Positions 35,744-46,800 of a stretch of DNA of 64,000 nt are shown piece after piece. This DNA comes from Nemertoderma westbladi (lineage: Eukaryota > Animalia > Xenacoelomorpha), in NCBI GenBank assembly GCA_032718475.1, contig JAUCBJ010001318.1, forward strand, positions 56,904 through 120,903. The letters are read 5' to 3'. Made by a program: the position numbers and the translations under genes. The first letter of the stretch is position 1. Every line of letters starts with the position of its first letter. Under the pieces are notes generated by a model. The model worked only from the letters and a program-made list of their open reading frames with translations. It was not told the origin of the DNA and searched no databases.

Positions 35744-36327
35744 TATTTAATTAAATTTATTGTAAATCAAACAAACAAAGTAAAAACTTTTTAAACTAAA
35801 ACCATTACAAATGATTAATTGCGATTAAAGCAAGAGATTATATATAAGATATTTTCAAAAATAATACAGGTCTTCAACTGAAAAATAGCCTAAATTCGGT
35901 TTATTGATTGGTTGATTAGCCGGTAGGGAACTACTGTATAATCAAAAATTATTGCGTAATAATAATAATCACTAATGCTCGTATACGCGTAGCTGGAACG
36001 TGACGGAATCTCATGTATCATACTGAGTGGTTGGTTTGTTGGTTTGGCGACGGCTGTCGTGGAGTTGGCAATCGATATAATATAATATATGCACGATGCG
36101 AGTAGTTGGTGGCCACGTTGTCACCATATACAGTATACAGTGGTGGTGGTAACGTGGCAGTGGTGGTAACGTGGTGAAAAGGTGAATAACCGTAGGGTTA
36201 GGCAAGCATCGCTGTTGATTGGTTGGTTGGTGAGTGGTTGGGTGGGTAACAGCTGTGGATTGAGTAGCGATGGGTTGGGGGCTAGCCATGCATCGTGAGG
36301 TTAGGCTATGTGAAGATGAATATGCAA

Positions 36328-36648
36328 TGGTTGGTGAAAAATTGCGATTTGAAAAATAATAGAAGTTACCTGATGCTAAGTGTAGACACCCGAACACCTG
36401 TAAAATAAAGGTTGGTGATTGGATGCAGTACTAGCGTTGGGTGACTAATAACGCCTCTAGCGGAATAAGCGGGAACTTGAGAAGTTACCATGGTTACGGA
36501 TGAAATGCTGACATCTGATTGGTTGAAATAATAACGACCACTGCAAAAGGTTGAAATGGTGGCTTCTGATTGGATGCAATACTAGAAATGGATGGTAATG
36601 ATGGACTACGGGTGACCTTGATGCCAGGGACATGTAATATATACTACT
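36328..36648 (+). repeat. Polinton right terminal repeat ending ACTACT
   Basis: Canonical terminus; LTR sequence starts at the very next base. Confidence 0.88.
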
Positions 36649-37852
36649 AACCTGCCAAATTTAGATGTCTTCTAGATTATAAATCGACTTTAGCCTATGA
36701 CAAATATTTGATACACTACATTAGCCGAAGCCAGTATATGCGCGACCATTCACCCGCTGGATATACCCGGGAGACTGGATTCGGAAGCTTGACCTTATTG
36801 CGGTGTAGGCCTACTGTATTATTCGACTGATCGTTAAGATATAATTTCTGACCAATATTATTCACTTTCGGGAAATATTAACAGTTCCTTTAGGACGTGG
36901 CGCTCTAAATATATAAACAGAGTTATGTCTTACACTAGACACAACGGGATGGCTATGGATTCACGTATAAAGCGCATTCTTTAGGAGATGCTTTGTTATC
37001 AATCACAATCATGCACACTACCGCACAATACTGCACAATGATCTGCCGACCTTCAGTAATTTTAGTTACATATAAAGAGAACAGTAACCGACTCATGTAG
37101 TGCCTATGAAATAGCATTAGATTCACTCCAAAACCACTTTAATGTAAGTCGCAATTGTTATATGTAACCGGTCTCTCTTACCTTCAGTATATCAAGAAGA
37201 TTGAGGGTTTTATAATTAATTTATCGATATTATCCAATATAATAATATTCCATCAACTGTTATAATTAATGACCGACAGTAAATAGCAGTAAAAATGTGG
37301 TGTTTGTAGTTGACAATATGATAATTATGTAGTGATATGGTTTGGTTTATAATGGTATGATATGTGTGGTTTGGTTTGTAATGGTATGATATGTGTGGTT
37401 TGGTTTGATCACAGATATACGTTTCGATGATCAAGCCTACTAATGTTGGGCTAAAGCCTGAAAACACAGAGATTCCAAAGCCGGTCTTCTGGCATCAGGA
37501 AAAAAGGTAAACATAAACAGTAATGCATTGCGCGATTTCCCGGAGGTTTCTGTACAAATAACAGGAGAATCGCTGTGATTGGTTGTCCGAACAAAGAGAC
37601 AAAGGAAAAGCTACACGTGTACAGATCAGCTGTTAGCCGTCGTCATAGTAACTACACTGTGTCAAGAGGATTTTAGCGTATTGCGACATAAAATTGCTAG
37701 TTATGTCCGCTAAAGTACACATACAGAAGAAATGGCTTTTTATGTCCACTAAAACACCAGTACAGTAATGAAACGGCCTTTTATGCCCGTCAAACCAACT
37801 ACAGAGTACTTTGCGGGGAAAATAACCAGCCAATTCCGCAAAAGCTTTTACA
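36649..37852 (-). repeat. 3' LTR of BEL copy 1 (starts TGTAAAAGC at 37852; cut by the Polinton at 36648)
   Basis: Preceded on the minus strand by PPT-like CTGGGAGCGG (37853-37862); the same TGTAAAAGCTT start is seen at 55697; about 7 differences in 732 bp versus the 5' copy. Confidence 0.88.
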
Positions 37853-37930
37853 CCGCTCCCAGAAAATGGGATTTAATTCTATAAAATATAAAAAATCACA
37901 GTTTCTAAAATATAAAAATACTCTAAACAG

Positions 37931-40900
37931 TTAGTCTTTCTTGCGCGGACGGCGTTTACGCAGTTTTTTGAGGCTAGCAAGAGTCATTTTCTCTTTGGGG
38001 CGAGCCACTTTACTAGGAGGGCTGTAACTCCTGGGTGAAGGGTGCAATACAATTGTATCAGAAGGTTTAGGATTACGATCGGTGTATCCGCCGGTCGAGG
38101 TACCTGGTTGATCGATGTCAACTTCAGTGGAGCGAGGTCTAACGGCCTTTAGGGCACGTCTTAGGACAGCAGCTCCTACTGGTCCCTGACGAGTCGTCTG
38201 GACAATAGCGGTAGGTGAACCGTGAGTGGTGACAAACTTCCTCGGTTTAATGGTTCTTTCCAGCTCGCGTTCTCTGGCTCGATATTCGTAGGGCCGTTGA
38301 GATACTTCCTGTAACTCAGGGTGCGAGTTGATAAATAAATCACCATACTCAGGGTCTTGACGGATGAAATTGATCAAATGGTATGAATTAATATCGTTAG
38401 GATTGACGTTCCTGAGATATTTTCGAACAAATTTGGTGGAAATACACTCACCAACACGCTTCATTAGTTCATAACTCGGTGTGCGTGTTTTTTGTTCAAC
38501 AGACGCGAATAGATATGGATGGAACGCGTAAACTCCCTCGTAGGCGCGTCCAGGGTAATAGCGATGGTGTGACTCACAATGCAAATCCGCGTTCGCTTCC
38601 CAAGCTCGGATGTAGCGCAGGGTAATCAACTCATCTACGCTTTCCAAATCGCGGTTAAAAGGGCAATTAAAACTGGCATGTCCTTTAAGTTGACAGTGGT
38701 GGCATTGAGTCATAAATTGGGGGCAGACTGCAAAAATGTGTGAGTTATTAAGTCTGCAATACGCACAATAGATCTCCATCATCGGTTGTTCATGGAAATA
38801 GGAGCAGGGTACGTCTGAGTCCATAGGGGTGAAATGATCTCTCGATGCGCATAATCGGCAACGTTTTCGAGAAACATAGTTGGTGTGCCGATAATCGTAT
38901 GCGGTGAGACATTGTGGACCTTGATACCATTCCAAAACGTAGTCGTTATCGCTGCTCCGGGGTGCTGTAGGCTGAATCTCTTCAGATTCTAAGCATATTG
39001 GTTCGTCCTCCAATTGCATAGTTGAGATAGGTGCGGCTGTCTCCGCAAGCGAACCCACTGTCTGAACTTCCACGACAGAATAACCCGTGGGTATTCGAGG
39101 TCTTTGTATAACAGATGAATGTAAGTTCTGTATACAAACGTCCTTGAAAAGGGCAAATCCCGCACTGTCTAACTTCTCTGCAGCTGAGTCTCTTAGGCTG
39201 AGTTTGGTCAGAGTGCGGTCCTTGAACTGACTATCAACGTTACGGAACGGAGTCAAAAAGCGCCTGAAACATTCGAAGCGGATGAATTTATTGTGTTCAT
39301 CTAGCTTGGCGAGTTTGGTTCCAAGTATTAAGGGATGGGCGCGTATGGTACGACTGCACACATCGGCTAGCCAACCGGCAAGTGCGGCGTTTTCAAAGAT
39401 CGTGTATATAGCTAAGGAGGGACGAAGTGGAACACTCATAAAGCTATACACGGCGCCAGCTGCGGTCAATGGTCCGTCAAAGTATAATCGAGAATAATGA
39501 TCTCCATATACTTGTTGATAGTTAATAGGATTTCCAACCTTGAAATTCCATCCGTATTCTTGAAAGGCAAGATGTCCGATGGAGGTTCGTTGTACTTTAG
39601 TAATGCCGCTGGGTGTATTTGCGTACATAGTGCGGAAGAAACCTCGGCCTTCTGCCCAGGGAGCAATCAGCTGAGTATCAACGAAAGGGTATGGAATGTT
39701 TTCCATGTTCCTAAAGTCGTTTTGGAGATCTCCATAAACAGCTGAGCCGATTTTAAGGATTCTTTCGTTAAACAACATCTCGAGCACGGGCTGGGGTAAC
39801 ATCGATCCATCGATACCCATGGCCGGTTTGCGCTCGGTGTCGGTGACGTAACGCTGCGCGAGTTCGAATTGTCCATGTCGGAGTTTCTTTTGTGTCTCGG
39901 TTAGAGTCTCAAAGGAATAATCAATCACATCGGAACACGCTCGAGTAAATACGTGGGTAGAACCAGCTAGTCCTTGTATGCGCATCATTCGCGTAGTTCC
40001 CAGTTCTCCAACCAGAACGCTACCTTCGTTATCGTAAGTGACAACTCCATACATTTCGATAACGTTAAGAGTCTCATTCCACTCTTTTGTGGCGTTTTCT
40101 AGAGTCATTCCCACTGGATGCCACAAGGTAGCGCATTTGCTAGCGTTAGGTAGATCTCTATACTTTAAATATTGTGTAGTATATGTTTCTAAATCTCCAT
40201 ATCGTTGTATTCTTTCCTCCTCGAATAACACATCGAGATTCCAGTGTACTAATCGAGTTTTGATGAATCCATCAAGATTATACGGAGGTATTGTCTCTTT
40301 CTCTATCCTGGAAACATTATAGGGTTTTCGAAATGAGTTTACTTTAACTAACTGGTCCAGATGTTTCTGCAGTTGTTCAAGTTCGACAAGATCGAGAGGA
40401 TTTATTAGTGGTAGAAACCTCAGACTATGTGTAGGATCTTCCGGTTTTACCATGTAATATTGCGTTAGATTGACATAATAAGGGTGATCTTTGATCCCAT
40501 AAAACGAGTTCGGTAAAGGTCTAGCGCATATGTTAACATCGTGTACCATGCGACGGACAAGATCCGCTCTATTGTCCGGAGGTTCAACGAGTATACCATC
40601 GACACGAGCGGCCTCGATTGGTGGACGTTGCAACATAGGAGCGTCAGCGATAAGATCTCGAGATCTTAGGTTGATATCAACCGGTTGAGGCTGTGCCGTG
40701 GCGAAGAGTTTGTCTCCGAAATGGGGAACCATCGAAGGATGGATGATGGTTTTAGAATAGAGATCCGTTATAAGAATTTGAGCTTCCGGCTGGGCTAAAG
40801 CTGCTTCTTCTCTCTCATCCATTTCTATATGTCTCTCCTCGAGCTGATTTTCCTCTGCTTGCTGTTGTATACGCTCGTCTAGGAACTCTTGTAAAGAGTA

Positions 40901-42178
40901 GGTGCGTCCACGTTCGATGTCTTCCTCGAGATCCTGTATTTCTCTATTGAACTGGGGTAAAGCTAATTCTTTCACCGCTTGGACTTGTTGCTGCAATTTG
41001 CGTTTCTCTAAACAATCGTAAGTTCCTTTTCCGATTTTCTGCCGAATAGCGTCTAAAGCGTTTCGTACAACGCTCTCTTCGACTTCAGTAACGGGTTGTA
41101 TCGGGTTTAAGCCTGGACGGTTGTACGGGTTAAACGGCGATATTAGATGACCGCGTCCTAATCCGGCTAGGCAGGGTTGGCGAATATCTAGTGAGCCCAC
41201 TACCGGAGTGCCACCGATCAACTGTCCGAGTAACACAAGATCCTTAAATAGTGAGTACAGTTCAGGGGGATCCGTTATACTATTAGGATCAAGCGTTTGA
41301 GGTCTCACTAAGGAATGAGGAGGTCTGACCGAGTATTCCGGAACTCTGATCATTGGTTTATTCAAGGATCGTTTGAGTCGAGCGAACGAAGGTGATACAT
41401 CGAACAGGTTTTGCTCAAAACTCCCCTAAGTATATCGTGTAAAACTGTGTTTAGCGCAACGTCTCCGCGGATGTTTGTGTCTTTCCGTTTGCTGATTGGG
41501 CCTAGGGCATTCGTCACAGTAATACCAAAGACACACGTCCTGCAGGGGAAACGCGGGTGATCGTTCTCCAGTTTTACGATATTCCTCCATCTGTTCGAAG
41601 CTATCTGGGACGACAGGTAGCGGTCGATCGGCGGTAAGATACATCATAGTGAAATAGAGTCGTTTGAGTTCTATCATAGGATCATGATGTATACCTTGAG
41701 GATATCGAGTTTCTAGATTTTGTTGACTGGCAATATTGAGATATGTTTCTCTCAGAAATTCCAGATAATCGTCGCTGCGTTTATCCGGCTCTTCAACGTC
41801 TTCTCTTTCGAGTCGGTTTCGAATAGAATTTTAGCATTCGATTCTCAATTTATCGTTCCTACTCCGCTGGGTATGATCTTTAAATAGGACCATTTCCCTT
41901 TCGGTGTCGATATCGTCCAAATCGTGTAAATCGATAGGATGGCCAGTAGTTAAGAAGTCCATATACGTACCATTACGATGCGTATAGCGAGCAGTGAATT
42001 TTCTATAGTCCAATTCATGCGTAAGTTGCTCCTGGGACATTGGCGGTTCGATATAACGACCATCGTCCTCCGTAGTAGTTGGACCAGCGTCGCCGCGTAT
42101 CAAGCTATTGACAAACGCTTGTAAAGGTAGAGTATATCGCTCCCTGATACCAAGATCATCTTCTATCAACTCAGTCAT
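37931..42178 (-). CDS. Extra retrotransposon ORF (~1415 codons, two in-frame stops): coiled region, DEDDy/WRN-EXD-like 3'-5' exonuclease domain, CCHC zinc knuckles, basic C-terminal tail
   Basis: ORFs 41831..42178, 41426..41677 and 37931..41365 share one frame; motifs VVTYDNEG, LPQPVLEMLFNERILKIGSAVYGDL...FVDTQ, PLRPSLAIYTIFE; CRLC..RDH, CAYC.....H....C, CHHCQLKGHASFNC. Confidence 0.75.
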
Positions 42179-42994
42179 ATCTGCTATATGAGTTTATCAA
42201 TATTATAATGAGTTTATATTTAGGCTAGCGGGCGTCGCTGCCTACCCCTCTCTGCCCCCGGACAGTGCAAGATCCTCAGCGCCGATGTACCGTCGTCGCT
42301 GTGTTTTCGCCAACGTCGTAGCTACACAACGACAACGATAACCGGCACAAGTCACTCCACTGTCCGTCCCAAAGGCTTAGATTTACTTCAGGTTCTTGCT
42401 GCAGAGTTAGGGTTACTTTCCCAATTGCGACTCGCTACTGTAAACACACCTTAGTAGTAACATTCACCTATAAACGCACAAATTCCACACAACTGTCACA
42501 AATTATACACATTCGGGCCATTTGTCCGTTAGTCAAGTGCCTTGCAGAATGTCACGTTATTATTATGTATCCTTGGATACTAGCAGTGTGCTATGTGTTC
42601 CCTATGCTATTCAATGGGGCAAGCTTTCTATTGTTCTTTTTGCTCACTTCTAATTCCAGCGTGGTTGTTGCTATGGTGACATTATGGAAAGCTAGCGGTA
42701 GAATTAGAGTAATTCTCATGCATACAGATCTGGGATGCTATTTAATAGTAATTCTTTAATTGTCAATATCCCCTTTATACATGATTTTATAAATTTTATC
42801 GGCTATTGACTATATATTGGAGATTCTTGCGCACTAATACACTTAATAGGGTGAATCTCCGCTCCCATGATCTATTAATTAATGGAATTTTGGGAATGTT
42901 ATAAATTGTATAAAAATGACAATTTATCAAATTCATTAAAACATGAATTTAAATTTATTCCCGTAAATTTTATTATTTAATATTAAATAGACAC

Positions 42995-43290
42995 AATTTT
43001 ATTCCAGAACATGTCTGGGGACTAGGATCCTTGATTCTAGGAAATTGGTCTTTTTAAGAATATCGGTAAGTGCTACGATATCTTAATAGACTAGAATTTT
43101 AAAGGACCTAAAATTTGACAGATTTTGTAAATATTAATAATTAATATTTAGGATGGGCACCAGTTTATTCCAGAACTTGTCTGGGGACGTTAACCACTGA
43201 TTCTAGAATTCGTCTTTCAAGTATATCGGTGGGTGCCGCGATATCTTAATCGACTAGAATTGCAGATGGTCAAAGGGTTTAACAGATTTA
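42995..43290. repeat. Diverged ~166-bp tandem duplication in the spacer between pol and the extra ORF
   Basis: TTTATTCCAGAAC(A/T)TGTCTGGGGAC...GATATCTTAAT.GACTAGAATT at ~42998 and ~43164. Confidence 0.8.
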
Positions 43291-43842
43291 TTTGCGTTAT
43301 ACGCTACTGTTAAAGGGACATCACGCTACTATATGTATTATTTAATATACGGTATGAGAGCAATATCGCACGAAGCAATGTCAGTGAGAAGAGGCAAGTC
43401 GTTTCCAAGGTCTACCCAGAGCTTGGTTTAGACGAGACATGAGGATCTGAATAATGCATTCCTAATACTCTACTTTACCAATAATACTTGAATATAGTAG
43501 GAGCTTTATTGTACTTTAATAAGTACGGAGATTTCATTTTACTGTAGTTACGTATTTGTAATGTAATACGGACAGTAAGGAAAGAGAAAAATAATTATTT
43601 CTCGCCGTCGCTGTAAATATATAATATATAAGTAACTAAGTAATAAACACTAATACATATTGCACTAATCTACTAAATAATCGCTAAAATAACATTCTAC
43701 TAAATAAAATTAAAGAAAACGATTATAATAAAATTACATAATAATACATACATAAATATAAAATAATAAGAATATAAAATAATATAGTCACACACCCACT
43801 CCAGACGTTGTTAAGTTGGGGAGTCCCTAGATGTTTGTTGGA

Positions 43843-46800
43843 TTAGGGAGGTGGTCGTGGGAAGAGTATCTTGCCTTCCATAGTTTCCGGAGAGTTCTCT
43901 GTCTCTTTCCAGGATAAACGACCAACTGGGCGATTGATCTGCTGTGTCTCGAAGACAATTCCCGGTTTCTTGAAGTTACGTCGCATGACGACGAGTTCTA
44001 CCGATCACACCAAACCATCATCCGAGATGTGAGTCTCGATGATACGACCTGTCTGCCACCGCTTACGGGGAAGATCTGAATCCACAATAAGGACCATGTC
44101 TCCAGCGCTGACGTTTTCTTGCTGCGCAAACCACTTAGTTCGAAGTTGTAGCGTGGGCAGATAATGTTTTTCGAAATGGTCAGCGAAACGATGGGATAAT
44201 AACTGCATAAGTTGCCAAGTTTGCCGGCAGTATTCGTCTCCGTCTGTAATTTCCGATCGTGGGAGCATGGCTACAGGTTTCTTCAGTAGGAAGTGCGCGG
44301 ATGTTAGCGCTTCCAGGGAATCGGGACTCGAGGAGACTGGCATAAGCGGTCTCTCGTTGAGATAGGCGGCGATTTCCTCCATTAATGTCCGCAAAAGTTC
44401 GTCGGTGAGATACGCGCGGCAGGGCACTATAAAGTGAAATGCGGTCTTCACGCTCCTGATTAATCTCTCCCAACTTCCTCCCCACCAAGGGGCGTCGGCG
44501 GCGTTGAAAGTCCAGCTAGACGCTGTTACCCTTAGCTGATCGTCCACCTGTCTTTGGTTCCAATCTTTAACGTAAGCTTTGATTTCATTGTTGGCACCAA
44601 TGAAGTTCGTTCCCTTATCAGATCTCATCGTGTTACTAGTTCCAAAGCGAGCGATCTGTCGTCGTAAGCTCAATAGGAAGCTGTTGATAGATAAATCGTT
44701 CACCATATCGAGATGGATAGCTCTACAAGTCATACAAACAAAGATGACACACCATCTCTTGACTATAGTCCTAGCACGATATACTTCAATAGGGCCAAAT
44801 AAATCTACACCGGTATTAGTAAAGGGTGGTTCATAGAAGCTTACTCGTTCCCTAGGTAATTCTGCCTCTCGCTGTGTTAAAGGCCTACTGAATGCTTTCC
44901 TACAGGGTATGCAGTTCCTAAGAACTTGGTTCAGAGCTCTACGGGGTTTATAAAAGTAATAGCGAGTTCGGATTTCGCTAAGAACTCGTTCTCTACCAGC
45001 ATGATAAAGTTTGCTGTGAACATCTACAATCATCTTGATTTGTATTTCAAGATTTCTAATGAGTATGGGAAACTTGGTGTCAAAGGATAATGGAGCATTA
45101 GTTAATCTTCCTCCAACACGTATCAACCCATCTATCATTGTGCTAGAGAAACGATCCCTTAAGCGCATCTGTGGATTTCTCAACAACAGGAAATACTTAT
45201 CGGAATCCTCATAGCATTGCAGGAGTCTCAGCATCTGCTTGTTGGTTTCTTCATGCTCCTGATAACTGATCTTCTCCTTCAGAAACCTGTCGGATATCTT
45301 ATATTTGGGAAGATCATTAACAACATGGACCTGCACAGATGTCAGTGGAGCGGTATCACTAGTGGTCTTCGCCCTGGAGTAGTGATGATGAAAACATCGT
45401 TTTAAATATGTAACGGCCTTACAGAGCCGATTCCAGGAACTGTAGTGATATATCGCTCTCTGCAGGAGAGGTGAGAGTCCTTGCGAGACGTCTGGTATTC
45501 CAGATTTCCAATCCTTCTCTCTGATTTCTACAACCGATTTATTGGTGGCTGAGGGTTTCGGATCCAAAGCGTCGTCTCCGGAAGTGTATAATACAGACAG
45601 ATCTACTACGGGTTTAAATAACTTCGATTTACTCGCCTGAGTTTTAGGTTTGACTTTCTCCGCTCCCTTGGCCTGTCTAATTTCTGCCGTAGTAAGATGA
45701 GGAGGCCATTCATCCTCTTCTTTGCTTAGGAAGTCGGGTCCACCTAACCAGTCTGGAGTATCTATCAGTTCTTGTGGAGTTGTTCCCCTGGAGGCGATGT
45801 CTGCTGGATTAATCGTTCCGGGGCAATGTCTCCATTGATCCATCTGCGTGCGACTAAGTATAATGGCTACTCTGTTGGTAACGAAGACGCTGAACTGACA
45901 GACTTCATTGGTTATATACTCTAACACGAGTAAAGCATCGGTCCAATAGACAGTTTTCTCCAGTGGATAGTCGATCTGTTCTGTTACATTCCGGCCGATG
46001 GCTGTAGCGTATAGAGCCGCTTTTAACTCCGCTCGAGCAACTTTCAACTTGTTGTTTATCAATGCCTTAGAGGTAACCAAGGCGACTTTGATTCCATCCG
46101 GAGTTTCCACTCTTAGGTAGGCTACTATACCTATTCCCATATCGCTGGCGTCTCCAAACACATGGAGTTGATAGGAATACGTAGGGAGAACATGACCAAA
46201 ATATGAACGGGAAATTATAAAGTTCTCGATGGCTGGTAGAGAATCTTCCCATTTCATCCACTTCTTTAATAATTCTCCCTTAAGTGGATCGTCCCATGAG
46301 TGGTTTTCAAGCCACATTTGTTGTACTAAACTCCGAGCAATCAATATAACCGGGCTAATAAATCCCAATGGATCGAAATAAGTGCTCAGGATACTTAAAC
46401 AAATCCGTTTAGTCCGAACTGGATTATCTCGATGTTTTAGCTGGAAAAACAGGATATCTCTCTCTGTCTCCCATTTCAAACCAAGTGTCTTGGTTTCTGG
46501 AAGATCATCTTTGATTAGGTCTAGGTCTTTCGCTCCTCGATCTTCTACCAGGATCGATTCCAGAAACTCACGGGAGTTGCTGGTGAATTTAGTTAATCGA
46601 AATCCACCTCTTTTTAAGCACTCTACCGTTCCTTTGGCGACATCAATGGCTTCCTCCACAGATGGAAGGGACTTTAGATTGTCGTCCATGTATATATCTC
46701 GTTTGATGTTGTCGATCACCTCTTTTGAGAAGGCGTCCCGGTTGTCATCAGCAGTGGTGCGCACCACTGAGCAGGCGTTTGAAGGGCTTGAGATGATCCC

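Larger units (their letters stand above)
20099..36648. mobile_element. Polinton/Maverick endogenous virus-like transposon; left TIR missing, several genes disabled
   Basis: pPolB, integrase, packaging ATPase, adenain protease, major and minor capsid genes; right end ACTACT at 36648. Confidence 0.96.

Noticed and set aside
37931-41365. Extra BEL ORF as an envelope glycoprotein
   Set aside because: No evident signal peptide or transmembrane anchor; nuclease-like motifs, zinc knuckles and a basic tail instead.
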